In this document: piece after piece, positions 48,620-56,534 of the stretch | Layout of the letters: the number at the start of each line of letters is the position of its first letter | Position numbering within the stretch: the first letter of the stretch is position 1 | From: a virus | Taxonomy: Duplodnaviria > Caudoviricetes | Length of the DNA: 56,534 nucleotides | Virus record (IMG/VR): IMGVR_UViG_3300007276_000059 | Coordinates: 1 to 56,534 of that record | Reading direction: 5' to 3' (one strand) | Notes under the pieces: model-generated | Database searches by the model: none | The model's input: only the letters and a program-made list of their open reading frames with translations | Told to the model about the DNA's origin: nothing | Made by a program: the position numbers and the translations under genes

Positions 48620-48993
48620 TCTCTATTATCTAAAATATTATAAATTTCTAACCAACTGGGCAATCCAGTTAGGCACTTATCATCAATATATAAATCTGCA
48701 GAAATCTTACGACAATCTGCACCAAACATGCTAATTAAATGTGGGAAATTACAATTCATATAGTGATATGGTATTTTGTGATGTTCTAACCAGTGGATGC
48801 CATCAGCTAAAGCCAATCCTTCTCTACAGGTGTTAATCACAATTCCATATCCTTCTTGAACTAATTTCCTAATAATATTACCAGCATTATCTCTTTCCTC
48901 TCCCAACGCAGGATAATGACTCATACATATAGTAAGGTCAAAATCAATTGCTAATATTGCTTTAAACGGTAATTTATATTCTCTTATCTGCAT
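48607..48993 (-). CDS. HAD-superfamily phosphatase (BT0820-like, capless)
   Basis: AIDFDLTI, INTCRE, KISADLYIDDK. Confidence 0.85.
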   Translation of the reverse strand: MQIREYKLPFKAILAIDFDLTICMSHYPALGEERDNAGNIIRKLVQEGYGIVINTCREGLALADGIHWLEHHKIPYHYMNCNFPHLISMFGADCRKISADLYIDDKCLTGLPSWLEIYNILDNREWQK

Positions 48994-49097
48994 ATTAAAT
49001 GTGATATTATTCCTATTAAACCTATAAATGCAATAAAGCTTAATGATATCAATATCATTATCTTTATTCCGTTTACAAAACTTGATTTATTCTTCAT
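48984..49097 (-). CDS. 37-aa single-TM peptide (not in ORF track)
   Basis: MKNKSSFVNGIKIMILISLSFIAFIGLIGIISHLICR; A-rich leader. Confidence 0.5.
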   Translation of the reverse strand: MKNKSSFVNGIKIMILISLSFIAFIGLIGIISHLICR

Positions 49098-49141
49098 TTT
49101 TTAAATTATTAATGCGGGTAACTAACCGCTGGTTACGTTAC

Positions 49142-49513
49142 TTATTCTGATAAAATATAACTCTTATATTCATCAGTATCCATGAACTCTTTTGGAGAAG
49201 CAGTATTAGGATCAATATACCTGTCATCCATATCCTTCTTAAACATACTCATATAAGACAAGAACATTGCATTACACAATATATGTCCAACATGAGACAA
49301 CTTACTTTCTGGATCATTCTCTTCACCATCAATAAAAGCATTTAAGTGTCTTTGAAGGCTCTCGCATATTTCTGTATATTTGAGTCCTTTCTTCCAATTA
49401 TGATCGTCATACTTTTCAGCACCAAACATTAATACTCTAACCATAGGAGCTAATGCCTTCCAAGACACTAGACTCCATTTTAATTTACCATTATTATATC
49501 TTAATCCTTCCAT
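49142..49513 (-). CDS. dATP/dGTP diphosphohydrolase (DUF5664-like)
   Basis: 'G.RYN.GK..WSL', 'FGAEKY..HNWKKG', 'S..RHL', 'DPES.L.H..H..CN..FL'. Confidence 0.85.
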   Translation of the reverse strand: MEGLRYNNGKLKWSLVSWKALAPMVRVLMFGAEKYDDHNWKKGLKYTEICESLQRHLNAFIDGEENDPESKLSHVGHILCNAMFLSYMSMFKKDMDDRYIDPNTASPKEFMDTDEYKSYILSE

Positions 49514-49677
49514 TATTTATCTTTTTCTACGAATAAAACATGATCTTCACATACTGGACACCATTTGTCAAAATGAGAACTTTCTTCTGAAGCTGTTCCC
49601 ATTCTTTTACCAGAATTAAGCTCAACCCACTCTTTAGTCTGAACTTTATCAGACTTACATTGTTCACATACTTGCAT
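49513..49677 (-). CDS. 54-aa zinc-ribbon protein (not in ORF track)
   Basis: MQVCEQCKS...WCPVCEDH; TAATG overlaps at both ends. Confidence 0.75.
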   Translation of the reverse strand: MQVCEQCKSDKVQTKEWVELNSGKRMGTASEESSHFDKWCPVCEDHVLFVEKDK

Positions 49678-50732
49678 TATTTATCAAGTCTAAAACCATA
49701 CATAGTTGGATGTCTTGGAACTCCTGTATCTGATTTCTCAAAGAATCTAAGTTCACAAGTCTTACCTATATGTAAATGTTTGTTTTCTAATAAATCTTTA
49801 GCCTCATCATGAGATAATGCAATACCAGCACCCATAGTATTATCTTTAGCTCCTTCCCAGAAGAATAAAGGTTTGCCATGATCAGGTCTTTTCTCTGAAG
49901 GTATTACGTCCATCAATGGTAGAGACAAATCAAAGAAATCTTTCAGCTTCAATAAATTACTACTTCTTCCATTAAGTTTGTATCCTTCATCTCCCCAACG
50001 AACAATAGTTCCTTCGTATCCTTCAGAGATGTTATGAGCATGATACTCCATTAACTTCTCTTTATTTGGAATATGAACAGTCTGTACAATTTCTATCATA
50101 GGATTCCCAATACAAGCATCCTTAACCATATTTATTCTATCAGCAAATGGCATATCAGAAATAATATCATATACATGATACTTCACTAACTCAGTTTTAC
50201 CTGGTCTATACTTCTTAATCATTCTCATATTCTCTTGGAATGTTTCACCATGAGCATACAATTCTCCATCAAGTGTTAAACCTGCAACTGTTGGTAATGC
50301 ATTTATGATATGATCAAGTGTTAAAATATCATTACCTAAACGCGATGTTAAGGTTTTATGATCACAACTACCAAGGCCTCTCATTCCGTCCAACTTAGGT
50401 TGAGCAAAACAAGGATATATTACCTTTTTCTCTTCTTTCCCAAACACTTTGGCCAACATAGGAAGTAATACCACATTATTTATGGCATCAACTCTATTGT
50501 CAAAGTATCCTTCTTTTAACTTCTTTTGGATTTTAGCTGCTGCCTCTAACTCCGCTTGTTCTTCAGGTGTAGTTTCATTGGATCTCCCAATATTCTTTCC
50601 TTCACATTGACTAACATTCGTTGTATGAGCACCATCTATTAATCCAGAAGTTTGCACGATAGTTGAACCATCTGTACCAATATCAAGAAACCTAAGTTTC
50701 CCTTTACTGTCTTTTTTATATAATGTTTCCAT
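49677..50732 (-). CDS. ATP-dependent DNA ligase with N-terminal WGR-like domain
   Basis: PMLA, QPKLDGMR, LDGELY, GYEGTIVR, LLKLKDF. Confidence 0.92.
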   Translation of the reverse strand: METLYKKDSKGKLRFLDIGTDGSTIVQTSGLIDGAHTTNVSQCEGKNIGRSNETTPEEQAELEAAAKIQKKLKEGYFDNRVDAINNVVLLPMLAKVFGKEEKKVIYPCFAQPKLDGMRGLGSCDHKTLTSRLGNDILTLDHIINALPTVAGLTLDGELYAHGETFQENMRMIKKYRPGKTELVKYHVYDIISDMPFADRINMVKDACIGNPMIEIVQTVHIPNKEKLMEYHAHNISEGYEGTIVRWGDEGYKLNGRSSNLLKLKDFFDLSLPLMDVIPSEKRPDHGKPLFFWEGAKDNTMGAGIALSHDEAKDLLENKHLHIGKTCELRFFEKSDTGVPRHPTMYGFRLDK

Positions 50733-51968
50733 TTAATTTCCGAAATTTTTAGGTTTTCTTGGAGAGCTTATTCTCCCCAATAGTTTATCCGCAGCATTCT
50801 CATAAGGAGCTAGCTTGTCTATTTCATCTGTTTTTGGCAACTCTTTAAATCTATTTGTTGCACCATCGAATAAGAAATGAACATACTTGTTTGGTGCTCC
50901 GAACCTGTTCTTTAAGGTTTTCACAGCTCTAAACGTATCTCTGAATCTTCTGATATCATATCCATGATAATCGTCAAATCCATACCTGTCTGGTGAATAA
51001 ACACCGATAATAACTTTAGCATCTCTTTGTATTTCCTTATTGTTTGCAAAACTAGCTAATGAGGGTTCAGTCTTTTTCTGAATACTCTCTCCTTTGTTAG
51101 TAAATTGTTCCTTCTCTCCAGATTGTTCTTGCTGTATTACATTTACAACAGCCCAATTCCAGTGTTTAGTCACTTGCTTTAACGCATAATTAGTACTCCA
51201 ATGTGCCATAGTTTGATGCTGACTCATCATGTTTGTTGTCCCTTTTATCTTCTCAGGGGTTAATAGACTCATGTGATCCACAATTACTATTGTGAAAGCA
51301 GAAGGATCATTAGGAATATAATGAGAATAAACCTTTACAACTTCTTTAAAGGTTGTACCATCACTCTTCTTCTTAATAAACTCTCTGTCGTCATATACAT
51401 GTGTACCATTCTTATCAGCATAATCACGACAGTATTTATAAACACCCGTGGGATTATACACTGAATCAACTATCTCTACTCTTTCAAGTAACTTCTCAAC
51501 ATCGTCAATATGTGTATCAATTAAATCCATTTTATCTTGAGGAAGAGATTGTTCTCTAAATCCTTGAAGTGTTAATAGATCCATTTGAATATTACATCTT
51601 GACGATATGAAATTACATATCATAGTATCGATAAATTCTTGTTCAGATTCTTCTAATGCAAAATAGAATATTTTTAAATTAAGATTATTCTTTAACGCGT
51701 ATTCCAAAGGCTCTCTAACGTAGAGTGCTTTTGTAACCTGAGTCTTACCAACACCTGAACCTGCAGTTACCATTTGAATCATTCCCGGTACTACTCCTGG
51801 AACTGATAATGATAACTTAGGGTAATTTGTGAATGGAATGCAAAAGATTTGCCCTGAATCTTTATTGGATTTGATATGCTTAAGCTCATCAACCCTTCGT
51901 CTGACTTTTCCAACTGGCTTACTTTCATTTTCCTCCATAGTGTTCTCCTGTATTGCCATTCTGCCCAA
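50733..51968 (-). CDS. dnaB: DnaB-like replicative helicase
   Basis: AGSGVGKT, FALEE, IVDH, QQ, QRDA, LKNRFG; true start may be 51959 or 51938. Confidence 0.85.
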   Translation of the reverse strand: MGRMAIQENTMEENESKPVGKVRRRVDELKHIKSNKDSGQIFCIPFTNYPKLSLSVPGVVPGMIQMVTAGSGVGKTQVTKALYVREPLEYALKNNLNLKIFYFALEESEQEFIDTMICNFISSRCNIQMDLLTLQGFREQSLPQDKMDLIDTHIDDVEKLLERVEIVDSVYNPTGVYKYCRDYADKNGTHVYDDREFIKKKSDGTTFKEVVKVYSHYIPNDPSAFTIVIVDHMSLLTPEKIKGTTNMMSQHQTMAHWSTNYALKQVTKHWNWAVVNVIQQEQSGEKEQFTNKGESIQKKTEPSLASFANNKEIQRDAKVIIGVYSPDRYGFDDYHGYDIRRFRDTFRAVKTLKNRFGAPNKYVHFLFDGATNRFKELPKTDEIDKLAPYENAADKLLGRISSPRKPKNFGN

Positions 51969-52170
51969 TATTCTTCATTCTTGCATCTCTCTCCTCTTCT
52001 GTTAGTTGAGATAACATGAAAGGATCTTGCTCAACTTTAACATTAAGTTTAGATTCAACTTCAACCATCTCACACACATGTCCATCATCCCAATTTGGGC
52101 TTGGTGGTACATCTTTACCAGTAGTACTATATCCAGTACCACAACTTTTACATCTAAACGCTCTCGCCAT
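51925..52170 (-). CDS. Small putative zinc-binding protein
   Basis: CKSC...HVC. Confidence 0.6.
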   Translation of the reverse strand: MARAFRCKSCGTGYSTTGKDVPPSPNWDDGHVCEMVEVESKLNVKVEQDPFMLSQLTEEERDARMKNIGQNGNTGEHYGGK

Positions 52171-52172
52171 AA

Positions 52173-52325
52173 TTATAAAATTTTATTAATTGCTTTAATT
52201 ATAAAACCTAATCCTAAAAGCAAATGACATAAGAAATAGAAAGGATATCTTTCCAAAACTGGTAGCCATATTAGTGAGGATATACATATCGCCAACCCTA
52301 ATGCTAAATAATTAATTGATTTCAT
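52173..52325 (-). CDS. 50-aa two-TM membrane peptide (not in ORF track)
   Basis: MKSINYLALGLAICISSLIWLPVLERYPFYFLCHLLLGLGFIIKAINKIL. Confidence 0.55.
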   Translation of the reverse strand: MKSINYLALGLAICISSLIWLPVLERYPFYFLCHLLLGLGFIIKAINKIL

Positions 52326-52350
52326 TCTCTTGTATCTATTTTATACATAA

Positions 52351-52902
52351 TTACATATAATCTTCGTTAGCGTATTTATTATCACCTGCATCCTGATCTA
52401 TTAAATAGGAGTACTTTTCATGATAACCTTCATTCAACCAACGCGTAGCCTCAACCATATACTCAAGATCACCAGATTTAGTTTTGTCTTTAACTTCTAA
52501 CTCCAGTACTCTAATTGCTATTTGTTGCTTATGCGTGTCTTTCTTGAACATCGATTCCCATTTTTTCCTTAGCTTCTTACCAAGGATGGTATTCTCGTCT
52601 GCTGGAGACAATGCTCTGTTTCCACCAAACTTCTTTTTAACAGAAGTAGGATAGTTTCTTAACCACTTAACAAATAGATCATCATTCATTGCAAAGAATA
52701 TGGATGACTTATCTCTAAGAAATACACCTTCTTTACTCATCTTTATGAATCCTTTACTTTCTAGTCCCGAAAGGGTTTGAAGACTGGTTTCTAAAATTCC
52801 AGTTATTACAAACCCATTTGCAATATTATAAAGTATTAAGTATTCATTTATTGATATCTTGTTCTTAACAATATCATCAACCGGGATTGTAATATTATCC
52901 AT
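52351..52902 (-). CDS. Putative replication initiator / helicase-loader-like protein
   Basis: N-terminal wHTH-like 'L..LE.KGFIK'; C-terminal 'F..W...YP' and 'YM....RWLN'; near dnaB. Confidence 0.4.
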   Translation of the reverse strand: MDNITIPVDDIVKNKISINEYLILYNIANGFVITGILETSLQTLSGLESKGFIKMSKEGVFLRDKSSIFFAMNDDLFVKWLRNYPTSVKKKFGGNRALSPADENTILGKKLRKKWESMFKKDTHKQQIAIRVLELEVKDKTKSGDLEYMVEATRWLNEGYHEKYSYLIDQDAGDNKYANEDYM

Positions 52903-54132
52903 TTATCTCCATGTTATAAATTTATCATTAAAATTATTCATTGATTTCTTAAAATAGACTACATCCTGAGTATCCTGAACTACAAGTAAATGCATTTCTG
53001 GAAACTCATGTCTTAAGCATCTACCTAACATTTGAAAGAAAGAACCAATACCACTATCTAATTGTGTGATAATACCTCTTTCTATATTCGTTAGATTAAT
53101 GCCTTCTCTTAGCATCTTGACTGCAAATAGCTCATTACACACCTCGTCGTTAAAGCAATCAATTAATCCTTGATTAACTTCATTCTTATTCTTTGAGTGT
53201 ACTGCACTGTCTGCACCAAGTTCCTTAACTTGCTTTATTGATCCAGTGAAACAAATAAATCTTGAATCATCTAGTCTGAATTCCTTAATCAAATCTTTCA
53301 CATTCTGTGTTTTAACTTCAGCTATGAATTTCTTCCTGCCTGAAGCTATGTTTAGGAACTTATTCCTACATCCTGTTCTGATCGGGTAAGGAATTTCCGT
53401 ATCCTCAGACAACCCTTGATAATACACCATTTGTTTTGTTAATGCATCATAGTGCTCCTGTTCAGTACCTTGACAAACTATACCTACATCTTTAGGATAA
53501 TTCTTCATGGTCATGAACAGGTCTTTATGCTTACAATACTTAGTGATCTTACCTTTGGATTTTCTTGCTGTATATTCCCATAACTTCCCTCTAACTATAT
53601 CCTTATTCAAATGTATTCTATGCACAACCAATTTAGGTTCTGGTAATAGTTTTAATTCGAATGCTTTATTCAATGAAATTATATAATAATGTATTCTGTT
53701 TGCACATAATTCATTTATTAGTAATTTCTTCTCATTTGGAATAGTAGCAGATAGAAATATAATCTTCGTGCCCTTTTGCAATATTTTTCTCAAGGCTTTA
53801 ATCCTCAATTGTGTCAATGCATGGCACTCATCAAGTATTACGAAATCAGCTTTCTTTGTTTGATTCTTCAAGGATGCATATAAGACTGTTTTCATTGATT
53901 TACCAACTTTAGTCTTCTTATGCTTCTTGATATCTAAAAGCCAATTCTTTTTATGTGTACTCTCTTTACAGATTAAATATCCTGTTGCTTCAGGGTTGTC
54001 TTTAAGAATGTCATCTACAATCTTAATAGCTCCTAGTGTCTTTCCAGTACCAGTAGCCCATTCTAAGCATAAAAACCTATGTTTCTTACTTAATTGAACA
54101 GCTTTAGATTGTATCCTATTCTTAGGATGCAT
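52903..54132 (-). CDS. Superfamily 2 DEAD/H helicase
   Basis: ATGTGKT, DECH, SAT, LREG, QMLGR. Confidence 0.88.
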   Translation of the reverse strand: MHPKNRIQSKAVQLSKKHRFLCLEWATGTGKTLGAIKIVDDILKDNPEATGYLICKESTHKKNWLLDIKKHKKTKVGKSMKTVLYASLKNQTKKADFVILDECHALTQLRIKALRKILQKGTKIIFLSATIPNEKKLLINELCANRIHYYIISLNKAFELKLLPEPKLVVHRIHLNKDIVRGKLWEYTARKSKGKITKYCKHKDLFMTMKNYPKDVGIVCQGTEQEHYDALTKQMVYYQGLSEDTEIPYPIRTGCRNKFLNIASGRKKFIAEVKTQNVKDLIKEFRLDDSRFICFTGSIKQVKELGADSAVHSKNKNEVNQGLIDCFNDEVCNELFAVKMLREGINLTNIERGIITQLDSGIGSFFQMLGRCLRHEFPEMHLLVVQDTQDVVYFKKSMNNFNDKFITWR

Positions 54133-54572
54133 TATTTGTCGTCGTCTGTATCTTTACCAAGGATACCTTTGATGATATCATCAACATCTTTCTCGGTCAT
54201 ATTATCAATATTATTTGGATCAAGTGCTATTCCTTTATGTCCACCTGGAAGGTCAATTAAACCACTCTTTTTATTACCTAACAATACATCCTTTAGCTCT
54301 TGCGGCATTTTTAAATCAAGTCCAGCACCTTCAATATCTCTTGCAACCATTTTTATTATAGTTGCAAAGGAACTGTCCTGCTGAGCTGTTGCTGCTAACA
54401 TTTTATGTATATCTTTTGCATCTCCTTGAAGAAATGAAGAACCTCCATTTTTGGTCTTAAAGAAGAACAAAGCTGATAAGCCTGAATTTTCTTTTGTTAG
54501 CTCTTTTAGTGTTTCAGATATCTTATCAAGTCTATCCTCATCATTAATCTTTCTTCTACTAAATATTCCCAT
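54132..54572 (-). CDS. Hypothetical protein
   Basis: 146-aa ORF, TAATG coupled to the helicase. Confidence 0.7.
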   Translation of the reverse strand: MGIFSRRKINDEDRLDKISETLKELTKENSGLSALFFFKTKNGGSSFLQGDAKDIHKMLAATAQQDSSFATIIKMVARDIEGAGLDLKMPQELKDVLLGNKKSGLIDLPGGHKGIALDPNNIDNMTEKDVDDIIKGILGKDTDDDK

Positions 54573-54954
54573 CTTGTTTCTTGTTTTTAGGTTTAAAATC
54601 TAAATATTCCAACTGGTCATCAGTACTTCTGAATCTATTAAGGAAATCAGTAACAGCTACATGTCTCTTGATTTCTTTATCAAATTGAATGAATACTTCT
54701 TTATTGGCTCTACGCTCAAGCCCTTCTAATAGTTTTTCAAGTAGTCCAGGAGGCATTTGATCAGATTGACTTTTAATCTGATTTAAACTCTCCTCAGCTT
54801 TCTTTTCAAACTTGATCTTACTCTCAGATACCTTATTTAACTTATAGTATTCTTCATCAGCAAGTGCCATTACTGATTCGAATTCTAATACCGTAACGCT
54901 AGACTTGAAGTCCGTAAACGCTATCGTTGACTTCTCTGCTTCCTTGTTGTTCAT
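54559..54954 (-). CDS. Hypothetical protein
   Basis: ATG 54954 preferred over GTG 54972. Confidence 0.65.
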   Translation of the reverse strand: MNNKEAEKSTIAFTDFKSSVTVLEFESVMALADEEYYKLNKVSESKIKFEKKAEESLNQIKSQSDQMPPGLLEKLLEGLERRANKEVFIQFDKEIKRHVAVTDFLNRFRSTDDQLEYLDFKPKNKKQDGNI

Positions 54955-55207
54955 TTGTTTCTTTTTTTTCACAGACTGATCTGTATTGTAATTCCATCTT
55001 AAGAACTGGAATAATGCTCTTTCTATTCTCTAATTCACCTCGTTCAAACTTAGCAATAGCATTCTTTATATGGTTTGTATCCATAACTGCTATTGACTGT
55101 GATTTACCATTAGATGATGTCCAAATAAGTCCTCTATCGTTAATAATATGATTTTGGATTATTTCAGACTTGAGATCCCATCTTGGTGGTCTTCTTTTCC
55201 TTAACAT
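54899..55207 (-). CDS. Small phage hypothetical protein
   Basis: 'W.S..G....I..M...HI.NAI' motif recalled from small phage proteins. Confidence 0.6.
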   Translation of the reverse strand: MLRKRRPPRWDLKSEIIQNHIINDRGLIWTSSNGKSQSIAVMDTNHIKNAIAKFERGELENRKSIIPVLKMELQYRSVCEKKETNEQQGSREVNDSVYGLQV

Positions 55208-55601
55208 CCGTTTTCAATTTAATTAACATTAATTTACTTATTGTATCCCAACCTCTTTTATCCATACCTTCTATTAAATAGTCGATACATTTGTTGAGGT
55301 TTGCTGGTTTCTTTTTTTTAGGTTTAACAGGTAAATTCCCTGTCATATCCCATTGTATTACATTTCTACCTGTAATACTACAATTAGTTGTTCCTATCTC
55401 TGTAACTACTCCTTGATCTCTTAGTACTGATAATTGTTTCCATCCGCCTCTAATACTAAATCTCTTATTCATGTACTGTTCTAACTCTCCTGCTGTACAG
55501 GGAGCTTTTGATACCATTGATTCTAAAACCTGTAATCTTCTTTCAGACAACAAACCTTCTCTTTTTATTTGATGATAACAATCTATTGATGTTTGTCTCA
55601 T
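55164..55601 (-). CDS. Winged-HTH DNA-binding protein
   Basis: 'TS..CY..I', 'PCTAGEL', 'LS.LR..G.V...G...C..TGR....W'. Confidence 0.65.
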   Translation of the reverse strand: MRQTSIDCYHQIKREGLLSERRLQVLESMVSKAPCTAGELEQYMNKRFSIRGGWKQLSVLRDQGVVTEIGTTNCSITGRNVIQWDMTGNLPVKPKKKKPANLNKCIDYLIEGMDKRGWDTISKLMLIKLKTDVKEKKTTKMGSQV

Positions 55602-55630
55602 TTTATTTGTTTTTTTGGTTAATGAAAAAT

Positions 55631-55713
55631 AATACCCCTGCAGCCCACTAATGAGAACTAACTACCAGAATTGCCGTTTAACATGCGTATCGACTGCATC
55701 CTACAAGGGTATT
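55631..55713 (-). ncRNA. Candidate structured RNA element (multi-branch)
   Basis: 13-bp closing stem with two G-U pairs that form only on the minus strand, plus internal hairpins. Confidence 0.4.
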
Positions 55714-55746
55714 CGTTGATTCGAACCACTCTATTCTTAATATTAC

Positions 55747-55851
55747 ATCTAAGCTCACTATTCTGTTTATACCCAACTGAATGGTTTCAGGAACGACATT
55801 ACACAGAATGTGAGGCTTCCTGATTTCTACCTCAATAGCTTTGGCTTAGAT
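55747..55851 (-). ncRNA. Candidate structured RNA element (nested stems)
   Basis: ATCTAAGC/GCTTAGAT, GCTATT/AATAGT, TCAGGAA/TTCCTGA, CACA/TGTG. Confidence 0.4.
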
Positions 55852-55857
55852 AGATTA

Positions 55858-55995
55858 TTACTCAACAGATATTTCTACATCTATATCATCATAAGTCCAG
55901 TTGAAGACTACTGCTCCATTGTAAAATGATAATGCATCTTGTAATTGATCTACATCATGCTGAGTTATTTCTATTTTAATTTTCTTTTTTGCCAT
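55858..55995 (-). CDS. 45-aa hypothetical protein (not in ORF track)
   Basis: MAKKKIKIEITQHDVDQLQDALSFYNGAVVFNWTYDDIDVEISVE. Confidence 0.6.
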   Translation of the reverse strand: MAKKKIKIEITQHDVDQLQDALSFYNGAVVFNWTYDDIDVEISVE

Positions 55996-56150
55996 AATTT
56001 AATTATTTCTTACTTAACTTCTAAGTAATAAAGTGTAAATTCCTTATCTTGACCATAAAATTTAAATTGAATTTCCTATATTTCATCTACACAAATTAAT
56101 GCACATTGTTTACAGTAGCTGTCTGATGGATATAAGTAAGTGTTGATTAT
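55996..56150 (-). pseudogene. Decayed small phage gene (KQCALI.VDEI family)
   Basis: ...YCKQCALICVDEI*EIQF...YYLEVK*EIIKL; no start codon, stops at 56076-78 and 56010-12. Confidence 0.5.
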
Positions 56151-56348
56151 TTATGTAATTAACCATTTTTGGTTATACTTTATAACCTTTCTAGTCTCTT
56201 TAACTAAATCTAAATCTGTACATCTCATGTGTTTTGGCTTTTCGAATTCTGCCATTGTTGCACGTATTAAATACTCCTGTTCTTTATCGTTCAAAGTATG
56301 CCCGCAGAATAAATTTAAACTACGAGCTCCTCTTTTAGTTTTTACCAT
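56151..56348 (-). CDS. Hypothetical protein
   Basis: 65-aa ORF. Confidence 0.55.
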   Translation of the reverse strand: MVKTKRGARSLNLFCGHTLNDKEQEYLIRATMAEFEKPKHMRCTDLDLVKETRKVIKYNQKWLIT

Positions 56349-56351
56349 AAC

Positions 56352-56534
56352 TTACTTTAATCTATAAGTGAACTTTCCTTTATCATCTGTATATGTCTTA
56401 GTCAAATCTAGGCTACATGGTACTTCAAGAACCTCTCTCATAGTAGGTGTATTAGTACTCAGACTACCACCTTCTATTATTAACTCACAACCATTTTTAA
56501 CTATTATTGTTGACTCAGCAGAAACATCGCCTTC
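56352..56534 (-). CDS. Hypothetical protein, C-terminal part (truncated by window)
   Basis: Open from the window end: EGDVSAESTIIVKNGCELIIEGG...FTYRLK*. Confidence 0.55.
   Translation of the reverse strand, partial: EGDVSAESTIIVKNGCELIIEGGSLSTNTPTMREVLEVPCSLDLTKTYTDDKGKFTYRLK

Noticed and set aside
49100-49141. preQ1-I-like riboswitch (GCGG-TTAGTTAC-CCGC plus A-rich tail, minus strand)
   Set aside because: Only a 4-bp stem, no convincing pseudoknot, and a competing GTAAC/GTTAC hairpin fits as well
54955-54972. -1 programmed frameshift at the A8 run fusing 54899..55207 to the downstream ORF
   Set aside because: Fusion would need a +1 shift, and the downstream gene has its own ATG at 54954
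55631-55713. Hammerhead ribozyme (CTAATGAG on the plus strand)
   Set aside because: Lacks G5 and the GAAA core, and the closing stem favours the minus strand
55714-55732. tRNA gene (GGTTCGAATC T-loop on the minus strand)
   Set aside because: T-stem is imperfect and no acceptor, D or anticodon arms can be built
36366-56367. Short plus-strand ORFs within the minus-strand module
   Set aside because: Antisense shadows of well-supported genes
1-56534. Stop-codon recoding (TAG=Gln or TGA=Trp) as in some Crassvirales
   Set aside because: Long genes are intact under code 11 and several conserved genes end in TAG or TGA at expected lengths

Overview
AT-rich fragment of a crAss-like (Crassvirales-type) podophage genome, most likely infecting a Bacteroidota (probably Flavobacteriia-like) host: it has TTTG-N20-TAnnTTTG promoters and A-rich translation starts without Shine-Dalgarno sequences. 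The + strand (1-35292) is the virion module in crAss001/phi14:2 gene order: end of major capsid protein, ring, auxiliary capsid, tail hub, Ig/cadherin-like repeat proteins, ring proteins, IHF-like protein, muzzle, ejected cargo proteins, a 2191-aa single-chain virion RNA polymerase (DFDIDK) and a large zincin-containing protein. A bidirectional terminator at ~35.3 kb separates this from the convergent - strand replication/nucleotide module: PD-(D/E)XK nuclease, class II RNR, RusA-like resolvase, vWA + MoxR AAA pair, primase, SSB-like protein, AAA_24, HAD, dATP/dGTP diphosphohydrolase, ATP-dependent ligase, DnaB and SF2 helicase. The genetic code is standard. The most unusual signals are (i) an attC-like inverted-repeat/gene-cassette remnant at 6.3-6.5 kb with an ORF reading across the putative crossover, (ii) a recurring N-x-[FY]-x-x-G-G motif delimiting modules of the cargo proteins, one of which joins a transglycosylase-like and a zincin domain, (iii) two candidate structured RNAs at 55.6-55.85 kb, and (iv) host-type promoters driving insertions inside the tail cluster. 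All family calls rest on motif recognition and recalled synteny; no searches were run.
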